A DNA stretch of 64,000 nt from Gammaproteobacteria bacterium (GTDB taxonomy: Bacteria > Pseudomonadota > Gammaproteobacteria > Eutrophobiales > Eutrophobiaceae): contig JACPSH010000015.1 of the NCBI GenBank assembly GCA_016193395.1, positions 37,858 through 101,857 of the forward strand, read 5' to 3'. Of the stretch, positions 54,658-64,000 are shown piece after piece; the stretch's first letter is position 1, and each line of letters opens with the position of its first letter. Both the position numbers and the translations under genes were made by a program. The notes beneath the pieces are model-generated. The model saw nothing but the letters and a program-made list of their open reading frames with translations. It ran no database searches and had not been told where the DNA came from.

Positions 54658-55494
54658 TCAGCCCTCCCCCGTCGCGATCGGGCGAGCGGGATCAGCGCAC
54701 CATTCGCTCCAGGATCCGGCATAGAGCCTGGGAAACGGCAAACCGGCGTGGACCGCCGCCAGAATATTGACACAGGCGGTCACTCCCGAGCCGCAGTAAC
54801 AGACCACATCCCCTGCGGGACAACTGCCATAGACGGACTCCATCCGACGGCGGATCTCGGCCTTCGGGCGAAACGCTCCGCGGGCATCGATATTCTCTTT
54901 CCAGAAGTAATTGCGGGCGCCCGGGATGTGTCCTGCGACCGGGTCGATGGACTCCTTTTCGCCCCGGTAGCGCGCCGGCTCCCGCGCGTCGAGCAGGAGC
55001 GGTGCGGCGCTCACCTGCGCCAGCGTGACCAGCCAGTCATCCCGCGGACTCCCCAGGAACGGACTCGGCAAGTTCCTGGTTTCGCGCTGCTCGGTTTCGA
55101 ATCCGGCGTCGACCCACGCGCTCCAGCCGCCGTTCAGCACAGCCGCCGCATCGTGTCCCATGTACCTCAGCATCCACCACAGACGTGCGGCGATCGCGCC
55201 CGACGAATCGTCGTACGTCACCACTTGCACGCCGGCGCTGATCCCGAACGAGCAGAACAGTTCTCTCAGTCGGGAGGGAGAAGGAATGGGATGCCTCCCG
55301 TGATCGGTCAGGGGCGGACCGCTCAGATCATCATGCAGGTGCGCATAGACTGCGCCGGGTATGTGGCCGGCGAGATAGGCCCGGTACCCGGCGCCCCGGT
55401 CTGCGAGTTCGTAGCGGCTGTCGACGATGACACAGCCGGGCTCGCTGCGTTTTGCGCGGAGCGCCTGCGCGCCAATCAGCGTGTCGAACATGCG
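54658..55494 (-). CDS. sseA: 3-mercaptopyruvate/thiosulfate sulfurtransferase (tandem rhodanese)
   Basis: Two rhodanese domains are present. The active-site loop CYCGSGVTACV contains the catalytic Cys in a CG[ST]GVT context, typical of MST-type enzymes. The start was trimmed to MFDTLIG. Confidence 0.85.
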   Translation of the reverse strand, partial: RMFDTLIGAQALRAKRSEPGCVIVDSRYELADRGAGYRAYLAGHIPGAVYAHLHDDLSGPPLTDHGRHPIPSPSRLRELFCSFGISAGVQVVTYDDSSGAIAARLWWMLRYMGHDAAAVLNGGWSAWVDAGFETEQRETRNLPSPFLGSPRDDWLVTLAQVSAAPLLLDAREPARYRGEKESIDPVAGHIPGARNYFWKENIDARGAFRPKAEIRRRMESVYGSCPAGDVVCYCGSGVTACVNILAAVHAGLPFPRLYAGSWSEWCADPARPIATGEG

Positions 55495-55580
55495 ACCGAT
55501 CTTAACAGGTTGAGATACGGGGCTTCCGTCAGGGCGCGCGTTCCATTGGCCGCCGGAGCGCGCGCGGCTACACTTCCGGC

Positions 55581-56693
55581 ATGCAGGCCGCCACCGCACA
55601 GTTCCGATTTGATTGCGGACTGTTGGCGCTCGGAGAATTCCTGGGTGCCTGGCGCCTGCTCATCCTTCTGTCGGCCACCGCGCTCGGTGGCTGCGGTACA
55701 ATTCAGTTCTACTCCCAGTCCGTGGCAGGACAACTGGAAATATGGCGTAAGTCCAGGCCCGTGGAGCAGGTCCTGCGCGACCGGCAGACGCCCGGGGACG
55801 TCCGGGAGGTGCTCGAGCTCGTACAGGAGATACGGGATTTTGCACGCACTGCGATGCGCCTTCCTGACAACGAGAGCTACCGCAGCTATGCCGCGCTGGG
55901 CCGACCGTTCGTCGTCTGGAACGTGTTCGCAGCTCCGGAATTGTCGCTGGATCCGGTTCAATCGTGTTTTCCCGTCGCCGGCTGTCTGAATTACCGTGGC
56001 TACTTCAGCGAGGTCCGCGCCCGGCGTTACGCGGCCTCCCTGGCACGGCGCGGCCTCGACACCTATGTGGGCGGCGTATCCGCCTACTCGACGCTCGGCT
56101 GGCTCCGCGACCCGGTGCTCGATACGATGTTGCGAAGAAGCGCGCCGGAACTCGTCAGGCTGGTGCTGCATGAACTGGCTCACCAGTTGCTGTATTTCAC
56201 GGACGACCCGGACTTCAACGAGGCCTTTGCGGAAACCGTCGCGGGCATCGGCGTCAAGCAGTGGCTGAGCTCGCGGCCCGGGGTGGAGGCGGAAAAGTTT
56301 CATGCCGAGCAGGCCCGTGAAGAGGCTTTCTTCAAACTCATCATTGCGGGAAAACGCGAACTCGAGGGCATCTACCGTTCAGATATCCACGCGGCGGACA
56401 AGCGCGCTCTCAAACTCTCAATGGCCTCGGAATTGCGAAATCGCTATCTGCAACTGAGCCGGGGCTGGGAAGCCCCGGGTGCCTATCTTGACTGGTTTGC
56501 GAACGGGATCAACAACGCACGCCTCGCCGCCGTATCGACCTATCGCGAACTCGTGCCCGACCTGCTGCGCAGGTTCACGGCCACAGGTGAAAACCTGGAG
56601 ACATTCTATGCCCTTGCCGAAAACCTCAAGGACTGTAGCGCGGCGGCACGGCGGCGCTGGCTTCAATCCGGCCACATCGATGAACATTGCTGA
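55581..56693 (+). CDS. Predicted zinc aminopeptidase (DUF2265-type), probable lipoprotein
   Basis: A lipobox-like LSATALGGCG is present. The HExxH zinc motif occurs in LVLHELAHQLLYF. The family is annotated as 'aminopeptidase' in many genomes. Confidence 0.6.
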   Translation: MQAATAQFRFDCGLLALGEFLGAWRLLILLSATALGGCGTIQFYSQSVAGQLEIWRKSRPVEQVLRDRQTPGDVREVLELVQEIRDFARTAMRLPDNESYRSYAALGRPFVVWNVFAAPELSLDPVQSCFPVAGCLNYRGYFSEVRARRYAASLARRGLDTYVGGVSAYSTLGWLRDPVLDTMLRRSAPELVRLVLHELAHQLLYFTDDPDFNEAFAETVAGIGVKQWLSSRPGVEAEKFHAEQAREEAFFKLIIAGKRELEGIYRSDIHAADKRALKLSMASELRNRYLQLSRGWEAPGAYLDWFANGINNARLAAVSTYRELVPDLLRRFTATGENLETFYALAENLKDCSAAARRRWLQSGHIDEHC

Positions 56694-56708
56694 GCGGCGG
56701 TAAACGTC

Positions 56709-57584
56709 ATGACCCCATCTCTGTTTCCGGCGCGGACATGGTTCAGGCCCGTATTGCTTGTCTTGCTTCTGGCCGCCTGCAGCCTGGCGCGGAGCGAGAC
56801 GGCCCGGACGCCGGAAACGGGCGGCGCCGCGCCGGAGCGAAGCGCGGCCGTGCCTGCCGCGGAAGGCGCCCGGATCGCCCATCCGCGCCTCGATAAAGGC
56901 ATCTTCCTGATTGCGAGACAGGGCCTGGACGATCCCAACTTCAGCCGCAGTGTCATCCTCATCACCCAGTACGACGATGCGGGGACCGTCGGACTGGTCA
57001 TCAACCGCACGCTGCCGGTTCTGGCCGTGGAAGCCGTTCCGCCCATCGCGCGGCTCGGGCTCGATCCGGGAGAGTTGCGAGCCGGGGGGCCCGTCGCGAT
57101 TGATTCCCTGCAACTCCTGATTCGCGCGGCAGCCGGCATGGACGATTCCCTGCGGATTCTCGATGACATCTATCTCATCAGCGAAGCGGCCGCGCTGGAA
57201 AAGCTCCTGCAAGGGGGCGTGACCGGTCATGCGCTGCGACTCTACGCCGGCTACGCGGGTTGGGGTCCGGGCCAGCTGGAAAGCGAACTGTTGCGTGGCG
57301 ACTGGCACCTGTGGCCGGCCGATCCGGCGGAGATATTTTCAGCGTCGCCGGACACGATCTGGCCGAAATTGATCCAGCTTGCGGCTGCCCAGTGGGCTCG
57401 TCTCGCCGCTCCCTTCCCTGCTGTGACGCATTTGACGAGACGCAGTATAATGGCCGGCCATTTGACTAGAGCACAGCCATCGGCCGGCCGCGACAGGGCG
57501 TTCGCGGGCCGGCCCCACCCAAGGTGCCACCAGCCCGCCAATCCGATTCCACACTCGAGCCATGCTGAACAAATTCTTCACTAA
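56709..57584 (+). CDS. YqgE/AlgH family protein (UPF0301) with N-terminal signal peptide and extended C-terminus
   Basis: ...GIFLIARQGLDDPNFSRSVILITQYDDAGTVGLVINR... and ...RLYAGYAGWGPGQLESELLRGDWHL... match AlgH/YqgE. The ~70-aa C-terminal tail is non-conserved. The gene overlaps the next gene by 22 nt. Confidence 0.7.
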   Translation: MTPSLFPARTWFRPVLLVLLLAACSLARSETARTPETGGAAPERSAAVPAAEGARIAHPRLDKGIFLIARQGLDDPNFSRSVILITQYDDAGTVGLVINRTLPVLAVEAVPPIARLGLDPGELRAGGPVAIDSLQLLIRAAAGMDDSLRILDDIYLISEAAALEKLLQGGVTGHALRLYAGYAGWGPGQLESELLRGDWHLWPADPAEIFSASPDTIWPKLIQLAAAQWARLAAPFPAVTHLTRRSIMAGHLTRAQPSAGRDRAFAGRPHPRCHQPANPIPHSSHAEQILH

Positions 57585-58449
57585 ACCGCTGGAACTCAAG
57601 GTCGCAGGTCAGACGCTCAAGTTCTCCTCCGTGGCCGACTTCGAGTTCAGCGTCGCTGGGCGTGTCGCAGTGCCTTCCAAAAAGATCACCGAGATGGTCA
57701 AGTTTTCGCCGGATCAGCTGAAGAAGGAGGCGAAGACCATCAAGGAAATCGAGAAGCGCTTCGTGAACATCCTGTCCCAGTCCATCGAGGACTCGGCCAG
57801 CATCAACCGGGCGCTGCGCGAACTCGACCCGCTGATTTTTTCGCAGGACCACGGCTGGCGCGAGATCATTGGCGCGCTGAACGAAGGCGATGACAGTTAC
57901 AACCCGTTCCGCCGCATCGCCCTGGTCAAGTACATGCAGTACCTGTCGGCCAGGCAGGAGATCATCAAGTACCTGTATTCGGAAAAGAAGAAGTACCTGG
58001 AGGAAACGCCTGGCCTCGCGGAAACGGCGACCGATTCCACCAAGTTCAAAGACACGCTGATCCTCGAAAACACCATCTTCGAGCCCGTGGCCGGGGACAA
58101 GAAGGCGGGCGATTTCGAGCGCCTGCCGAAGGGCGAGGTCGTGACTCTGACGCTCTCTCCGGGAACCGAGGTGGACGTCATGCTTTCGAAACACCACTGC
58201 AAACTCTTGGCCGACGGCAAGGTGCGCTTTATCGACCAGGAGGGCCGACGCTATGACCTCAAGGAAGGCCGCAACATCATCGGCCGCGACACGGTCAGCA
58301 CCGTCCTCATCGATCCCGCGCTGCGCGACGTTTCGCGCCTGCATCTCGTAATCGAAAACCTCGACAACAAGACGGTGCAGCTCACGGACATGTCTTCGCA
58401 CGGCACGTACATTCCCGCCAAATACCTGCAAAACCGCTCCAACTGGTAA
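57562..58449 (+). CDS. Hypothetical protein with C-terminal FHA domain and unrecognised Lys/Glu-rich N-terminal domain
   Basis: The C-terminal sequence NIIGRDTVSTVLIDPALRDVSRLHLVIENLDNKTVQLTDMSSHGTYI is an FHA fold (GR...R.H..I......I.D.S.NGT). The N-terminal 200 aa have no recognisable motif. The gene is visibly less GC-rich than its neighbours. Confidence 0.6.
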   Translation: MLNKFFTKPLELKVAGQTLKFSSVADFEFSVAGRVAVPSKKITEMVKFSPDQLKKEAKTIKEIEKRFVNILSQSIEDSASINRALRELDPLIFSQDHGWREIIGALNEGDDSYNPFRRIALVKYMQYLSARQEIIKYLYSEKKKYLEETPGLAETATDSTKFKDTLILENTIFEPVAGDKKAGDFERLPKGEVVTLTLSPGTEVDVMLSKHHCKLLADGKVRFIDQEGRRYDLKEGRNIIGRDTVSTVLIDPALRDVSRLHLVIENLDNKTVQLTDMSSHGTYIPAKYLQNRSNW

Positions 58450-58539
58450 ATCAGGGCAACGGACGGCACGACTCCCCCTGGAGCGCGTCGTCTCGGGAAT
58501 CAATACCACGGACAACCCATCACGACCAAGAATGGCACG

Positions 58540-59280
58540 ATGAAAACCCCGGAATTCAACGTCAACGCTGCGGCGGCGGAACTCGAGGGCAGGCATCCAT
58601 CTGAAATCCTCCGCCTGGCGCTCGGACAGTTCAAGCGCGTCGCCATTTCCTTCAGCGGCGCCGAAGACGTGGTCCTCGTCGACATGGCGGTGAAGATCGA
58701 TCCTCGCGTACAGGTCTTTTCCCTGGATACGGGACGCCTGCATCCGGAAACCTATCGCTTCCTCGAGCACGTCCGCGAGCACTATGGGGTGCAACTGGAG
58801 GCGCTCGCGCCCGAGTCGGCCGCGCTGGAAAAGCTGGTCCGGGAGAAGGGCCTGTACAGCTTCTATCGCGATGGGCACAGGGAATGCTGCGGGATCCGCA
58901 AGGTGATGCCCCTGCGGCGGAAACTGGCCACGCTGGACGCGTGGATCACCGGCCAGCGGCGCGATCAGAGTCCGGGCACGCGGGCCGCTGTGCCGCTCGT
59001 CGAGGCGGACAGCGCTTTCTCCACGCCCGAACACCCCCTCGTCAAGTTCAATCCCCTGTCCAGATGGAGTTCTGCCCAGGTCTGGGACTACATTCGCGAG
59101 AACAACGTGCCGTTCAACGAACTGCATAACCGCGGCTTCATCAGCATCGGTTGCGAGCCGTGCACGCGCCCGGTCCTGCCGAATCAACATGAGCGCGAGG
59201 GACGCTGGTGGTGGGAAGAAGAGACGATCAAGGAATGCGGACTCCACGCGAACAACGCGGCGAAAATCGGGGGGCGCTGA
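58540..59280 (+). CDS. cysH: Adenylyl-/phosphoadenylyl-sulfate reductase (thioredoxin-dependent), Fe-S cluster type
   Basis: The PAPS-reductase fold is indicated by [14 protein letters not shown] (PP-loop). CCGIRK and SIGCEPCT cysteine pairs mark the [4Fe-4S]-containing APS-reductase subgroup. Confidence 0.85.
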   Translation: MKTPEFNVNAAAAELEGRHPSEILRLALGQFKRVAISFSGAEDVVLVDMAVKIDPRVQVFSLDTGRLHPETYRFLEHVREHYGVQLEALAPESAALEKLVREKGLYSFYRDGHRECCGIRKVMPLRRKLATLDAWITGQRRDQSPGTRAAVPLVEADSAFSTPEHPLVKFNPLSRWSSAQVWDYIRENNVPFNELHNRGFISIGCEPCTRPVLPNQHEREGRWWWEEETIKECGLHANNAAKIGGR

Positions 59281-59297
59281 TCGCCGTGCGCATCACC

Positions 59298-59621
59298 ATG
59301 GTCAAGAAGATCAAGGCTGACGGTTCGCCCTGCCGCAAGTGCGCGGACGTGGAGGAGCGCCTCAAGTCATCGGGCCTTTGGAACGGCATCGATGAGGTCG
59401 TCGTCGCGGATGAACGTGAACCCGACAGCGAAGGGATGCGGCTCGCCCGGCAGTACGGCGTGGATGCGGCCCCGTTTTTCATCGTAGAGGATGGGCCGGG
59501 GCAGGTCCGCATCTATACGGTATTCATGCGCCTGCTCAGGGAAGTGCTGGATAAACCCGTGTCGGAATCGGACGAAGCCGCCGAGATCCTGGATCGTCAC
59601 CCCGGCCTGGACCTGCTATGA
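59298..59621 (+). CDS. Small thioredoxin/glutaredoxin-like protein with CxxC (putative reductant partner of CysH)
   Basis: MVKKIKADGSPCRKCADVEERLK... carries a CxxC motif near the N-terminus. ...DAAPFFIVEDGPGQVRIY... is glutaredoxin-like. ORF 59208..59621 was trimmed to the ATG at 59298, just after the cysH stop. Confidence 0.5.
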   Translation: MVKKIKADGSPCRKCADVEERLKSSGLWNGIDEVVVADEREPDSEGMRLARQYGVDAAPFFIVEDGPGQVRIYTVFMRLLREVLDKPVSESDEAAEILDRHPGLDLL

Positions 59622-59628
59622 AAGTGCA

Positions 59629-59742
59629 AAGTGGAAAGTTGAAAGTGTAAAGAAAAGTTCCCGCTCCCGGCACTGGCGAGTCCGCTCATCGAAGCTGAGA
59701 TTTCAGGCTCCCGCTTTTCCCTTTTTACTTTACACTTTCCAC

Positions 59743-59744
<2 letters not shown>
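59629..59744. repeat. AT-rich long inverted repeat between convergent grx-like/cysH and cysB (bidirectional terminator-like)
   Basis: The left arm is AAGTGGAAAGttgaAAGTGTAAAG. The right arm is CTTTACACTTTCCACTT. They flank ~75 nt of GC-rich sequence. The right arm overlaps the cysB stop codon. Confidence 0.5.
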
Positions 59745-60786
<1,042 letters not shown>

Positions 60787-60830
60787 CTACCAAGCTCATT
60801 CACGTCCACCCGTCAGCGGGAGACACATTC

Positions 60831-61613
60831 ATGGAACCTGCATACACCATTGCGGGGTTTGTCGTCGGATTCATCGTGGGCCTCACCGGCGTCGGCGGCG
60901 GTTCGCTCATGACCCCGATTCTGGTGCTGCTGTTCAGCGTGAAACCGGCGATCGCCGTGGGCACCGACCTGTTATACGCATCCATCACCAAGTCCGGCGG
61001 GATCTTCGTGCACCAGAGCCGGGGAACGATCGAATGGAATGTTGTCGGACTGCTGGCGCTCGGAAGCGTTCCCGCGTCGATGGCTTCAGTGATGGTCCTG
61101 AAGCAACTGGATGTCTCCGGGGTCGATTACGACCGGATCCTCACGTCGGCCCTGAGCGTTGCCCTGATCCTGACGTCGATGGTGTTGATTTTCAGGGGCA
61201 GGCTCCAGAAATTGAGCCAGAGCGACCGGCTCGCGCCGGTGCGCGCCTTGCATCACCGCCTGCGGCAGCCGATGACGATCGTCGCGGGCGCGGCCATCGG
61301 CGTACTGGTCACGTTGTCTTCGGTCGGGGCAGGAGCGCTGGGCGCGGCGATCCTGTTCTTTCTCTATCCCAGAATGCGCGCCATCAATATCGTCGGCACC
61401 GATCTCGCCCATGCGGTCCCCATCACGGCGATCGCGGGCTTTGGGCACATGCACCTCGGCAGCGTGGATTACATTCTTCTCGGCAACCTGCTGCTCGGTT
61501 CGCTCCCCGGAATTTACGCGGGCAGCCATACCGGAGCGCGGCTGCCGGATCATATCGTCAGGCCGGCGCTGGCCGGGATGCTTCTGCTGATCGGCGTCCG
61601 CATGGCCTTCTGA
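60831..61613 (+). CDS. Sulfite/anion exporter TauE/SafE family membrane protein
   Basis: GLTGVGGGSLMTPILVLLF is the DUF81/TauE signature, present twice (second copy: ...LSSVGAGALGAAILFFLY...). The protein is divergent from cysB. Confidence 0.85.
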   Translation: MEPAYTIAGFVVGFIVGLTGVGGGSLMTPILVLLFSVKPAIAVGTDLLYASITKSGGIFVHQSRGTIEWNVVGLLALGSVPASMASVMVLKQLDVSGVDYDRILTSALSVALILTSMVLIFRGRLQKLSQSDRLAPVRALHHRLRQPMTIVAGAAIGVLVTLSSVGAGALGAAILFFLYPRMRAINIVGTDLAHAVPITAIAGFGHMHLGSVDYILLGNLLLGSLPGIYAGSHTGARLPDHIVRPALAGMLLLIGVRMAF

Positions 61614-61617
61614 AAAC

Positions 61618-61668
61618 GAAAAGCCCCGCGCGAGGCGGGGCTTGTTGCCGGCCGGCGTCAGGCCGGCG
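61618..61668. terminator. Bidirectional rho-independent terminator between tauE (plus) and the DUF465 gene (minus)
   Basis: The GC hairpin AAAAGCCCCGCGCGAGGCGGGGCTT is flanked by a poly-A/T run on the minus-strand side (...GGGGCTTTTCGTTTTC). A second hairpin, GCCGGCCggcgtcaGGCCGGC, follows. Confidence 0.6.
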
Positions 61669-61679
61669 CAGATCCGGAC

Positions 61680-61904
61680 TCAGGCATGTGACCGGCGGTA
61701 TTCTTCAATCATCGCTGCCATGCGATCCTTGAGCAGCAGTTTCTCCTTTTTCATGTTCTCCAGCGCGAAATAATCCAGAGGATCGGCGCCGACATTGGCG
61801 TCGCGCACGCGTTGCTTCAGTTCTCCGTGCTTTTCGTACATGCGCTTGAAATTTTGGTTTTCGAGAAGAAGCGAATCAACAATCTCCTGATCGTATTCAA
61901 ACAT
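61680..61904 (-). CDS. DUF465 (YdcH-like) small protein
   Basis: The 74-aa sequence MFEYDQEIVDSLLLENQNFKRMYEKHGELKQRVRD...LENMKKEKLLLKDRMAAMIEEY is coiled-coil-like, following the DUF465 pattern. Confidence 0.65.
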   Translation of the reverse strand: MFEYDQEIVDSLLLENQNFKRMYEKHGELKQRVRDANVGADPLDYFALENMKKEKLLLKDRMAAMIEEYRRSHA

Positions 61905-62130
61905 TTTTGCCCCCTGTAGAGGTGAGGACTTGTCTCAAGGCTTGAGGATGGGCCGGATCGGGCGGGTACGCCGATCCGGCTCGACAGGACGCCGCAGGAT
62001 CCTCCGCGTTGCGGCCAGGTCGGGTATGGCGAGCGGTATGGTTCATGCTCCCTCAGCTGTAAACTTAGTTCAGAACGCCCCGCATCTCAAGGTTAAAAAT
62101 CGGCCGGGAGCGAGGACGGGATCCGGACCA

Positions 62131-63159
62131 ATGTTCATGAATGTTTTCAAGATTTTGTGGCGTTTATGGCATGAAGCCACGGAGGGATCGGGGCGAACCC
62201 CGCGCCGTGGGCTCGGGCCGGCCCGACCCGGATCCGGCGCTTGCGCGCTGCTGCCGATGATTGCGCTGGCGACCGCCTGCCCGCCCACGCTGGCCGGGTC
62301 CGACAGCGCCTTTAATATCCACGAGATCGCGCCCGGCGTGTTCGTGCACCAGGGTATTCATGTTCCATTCGACCACGCGCAGCACGACGACATCGCCAAC
62401 ATCGGGTTCATCGTCGGCGAGCGGTGTGCGGCGATCATAGACACGGGCGGCTCGATCCGCATAGGACAGGCTTTGCGCCAGGCCGTTCGCGAACAAACCG
62501 ATCGGCCGATCTGCTACGTCATCAACACGCACGGGCACTACGATCACGTCCTGGGCAATGCGTCGTTCCAGGCCGATCGGCCAACATTCGCCGGACACGC
62601 CGATCTGGGCGAGGCGATCGATGCCTCACGGGAGTATTTCCTCAAGCAGTTCGGCTCCGACCTGGGGCCTGATCCCCGGCCGGAAAGCGTCATCGGCCCC
62701 GGCTTCGCAGTCGCCGGCCGCGCGGAAATCGATCTTGGCGGCCGCGTCCTTGAATTGATCGCGCATCCGCCGGCCCATACTTTCAGCGATCTCACCGTAT
62801 TCGACCGCACAACGGGCACGTTGTGGCTCGGGGATTTGCTGTTCATCGATCGCACCCCCGCGCTGGATGGCAGCCTTTCGGCCTGGATCCGGCTCATGGA
62901 GGAGCTGCATGCGTTTCCCGCGGCGCGTGCCGTACCCGGCCATGGCCCGGCCAGCGCGGATTGGCCACGATCCGCGGACCGCCAGTTGAATTACCTGCGC
63001 ACCCTGCGCGACCAGGTGCGCGCCGGCATTGCACAAGGATTGCTGATGGAGGAGTTGGTGGAATCCGCGGCGGCCGGCAGTGATCCGGAATGGCAGCTCT
63101 ACGAGCAACACCACGGTCGTAACGTCGGCAAGGCGTATCTGGAACTCGAGTGGGAGTGA
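62131..63159 (+). CDS. MBL-fold metallo-hydrolase (quinoprotein-relay-system-like zinc hydrolase family)
   Basis: INTHGHYDHVLGN is the HxHxDH metal-binding motif. A downstream ...PGHGP... motif is also present. ORF 61930..63159 was trimmed to ATG 62131. Confidence 0.7.
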   Translation: MFMNVFKILWRLWHEATEGSGRTPRRGLGPARPGSGACALLPMIALATACPPTLAGSDSAFNIHEIAPGVFVHQGIHVPFDHAQHDDIANIGFIVGERCAAIIDTGGSIRIGQALRQAVREQTDRPICYVINTHGHYDHVLGNASFQADRPTFAGHADLGEAIDASREYFLKQFGSDLGPDPRPESVIGPGFAVAGRAEIDLGGRVLELIAHPPAHTFSDLTVFDRTTGTLWLGDLLFIDRTPALDGSLSAWIRLMEELHAFPAARAVPGHGPASADWPRSADRQLNYLRTLRDQVRAGIAQGLLMEELVESAAAGSDPEWQLYEQHHGRNVGKAYLELEWE

Positions 63160-63198
63160 GGAGAGAACGGCAGGTAGCAGATACCTGCGACCTGCTAT

Positions 63199-64000
63199 CT
63201 ACAATCGCTGGAACCGGCCGAGCCCGTACGGAGCCGGGTCGAGATCCGGCGGTTCGCCGCATATCAGTTGCGTCACCAGCCTTCCGGATCCGGCCGCCAT
63301 GGACCAGCCCAGATGGCCATGACCCGTATTCAGGAAAAGATTGGCCCAATTCGTCGCGCCCAGTATGGGTACGCCATCGCAGCTATACGGTCGCAATCCG
63401 GCCCACGTGCTGGTGGCGGTCGTCGCGATGAACGGCCGCAAACCGGGATAGAAATCGGAAATGAACCGGGACATGTTACGGATGCGCCGTGGATCCACCG
63501 AAGCATCGAATCCGTTGAATTCGGCGGTCCCGGCGACCCGCAAACGGTGGCCCAACGGCGTGGCGGCGATATGGGCATCCTCATCCACCACCGGCATGCG
63601 CGGCGGCGCATCCCAGCCGCGGATGTCCAGCGTCAGCGAATAACCTTTGACAGGCTGCACCGGGATCGCAAGCCGGATCGATCGGGCGATCACCGGACTG
63701 TAGCTGCCGGCCGCCAGGACGTACACATCCGCTTCGACCCGCCCCGCGGAAGTCCGCACTGCGCGTATCTCGCGTTCGGAAGATTCCAGCCCGAGCACGG
63801 TAACGCCATGGCGGAATATCGCACCCCGTTGCATTGCATGATGGGCCAGAAGCCGGCAGTAAAGGTGGGCGTCACCGGATTCGTCATCCGGGTAGAAAAT
63901 GCCGCCGGCCAGCAGGCTCTCCACCGCTCCGAGCGCGGGCTCAAGGGCAACGACCTGGGCCGGATCCAGCGCCTGCCAGCGGACTCCGCTTCCCTCGAGT
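63199..64000 (-). CDS. FAD-dependent oxidoreductase, D-amino-acid dehydrogenase/glycine-oxidase (DadA/ThiO) family. Partial: the N-terminus lies beyond the window's right edge.
   Basis: The C-terminal motifs GLRPYSCDGVPILG...NTGHGHLGWSMAAGSG match DadA-type flavoenzymes. The reading frame stays open upstream of Met 63924 to the window edge (...WQALDPAQVVALEPALGAV-ESLLAGG). Confidence 0.7.
   Translation of the reverse strand, partial: LEGSGVRWQALDPAQVVALEPALGAVESLLAGGIFYPDDESGDAHLYCRLLAHHAMQRGAIFRHGVTVLGLESSEREIRAVRTSAGRVEADVYVLAAGSYSPVIARSIRLAIPVQPVKGYSLTLDIRGWDAPPRMPVVDEDAHIAATPLGHRLRVAGTAEFNGFDASVDPRRIRNMSRFISDFYPGLRPFIATTATSTWAGLRPYSCDGVPILGATNWANLFLNTGHGHLGWSMAAGSGRLVTQLICGEPPDLDPAPYGLGRFQRL

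Noticed and set aside
62070-62095. A repeated TCTCAAGG motif (TCTCAAGGCTTGAGGA palindrome and CATCTCAAGGTT) upstream of the MBL-hydrolase gene.
   Set aside because: Short, with only two partial copies. It is plausible as an operator but there is insufficient evidence to call it a feature.

Overview
This is a GC-rich proteobacterial chromosomal segment, roughly two-thirds G+C by eye, with dense, mostly non-overlapping genes on both strands. I found no rRNA or tRNA genes, no CRISPR array and no obvious mobile elements.

Reading left to right, the window contains:
- A truncated membrane-transporter N-terminus running off the left edge, then a LOG-family gene and a c-type cytochrome.
- A six-gene plus-strand operon (1598-8712) for the lower (post-ring-reduction) part of the anaerobic benzoyl-CoA pathway: benzoate-CoA ligase, a Zn-ADH-type dehydrogenase (had-like), the ring-cleaving 6-oxocyclohex-1-ene-1-carbonyl-CoA hydrolase (oah/bamA-like), a dienoyl-CoA hydratase (dch-like), a thiolase, and an unexpected URO-D/MtaA-family gene. 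A perfect FNR box lies upstream of the operon.
- A convergent ADP-forming acyl-CoA synthetase flanked by two copies of a 45-bp palindromic motif, a phosphoribosyltransferase, a ribosome-hibernation-factor (HPF) protein fused to a cold-shock domain, glk, an Fnr/Anr regulator, and a CBS-pair protein.
- A kinase-like bifunctional protein divergent from an operon encoding a host-attachment-family protein, archease, the RNA ligase RtcB and a family X DNA polymerase (PolX-PHP). Another perfect FNR box sits in the divergent region.
- A complete glycogen locus: glgP, malQ, a GH57 enzyme and glgC on the minus strand, divergent from glgB and glgA.
- A nitroreductase, a Ser/Thr kinase, and then conserved housekeeping synteny: hemW-rdgB-rph, yicC, gmk-rpoZ-spoT-ridA-recG, ubiA.
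- An M14 peptidase, an L,D-transpeptidase, a TPR protein, a SPOR protein, coaX, birA, an FHA membrane protein, sseA, an aminopeptidase, an AlgH-like protein and a second FHA protein.
- A sulfur-assimilation group: cysH, a small CxxC redoxin, cysB and a TauE exporter. The window ends with a DUF465 protein, an MBL hydrolase and a partial dadA-like gene.

The non-genic structure is the most unusual part:
- A nested tandem-repeat array (four 36-bp hairpin units, each followed by one or four copies of a 13-mer) exactly fills the spoT-ridA gap and leaves ridA without a canonical start codon.
- A family of roughly 110-bp GC-rich imperfect palindromic extragenic elements occurs in at least six intergenic copies, in both orientations.
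- A separate family of AT-rich 'TTGAAAAA' hairpin elements forms composite loci with the GC-rich elements.
- Near-consensus FNR boxes precede the benzoyl-CoA operon, the CBS gene and the archease/RtcB region.
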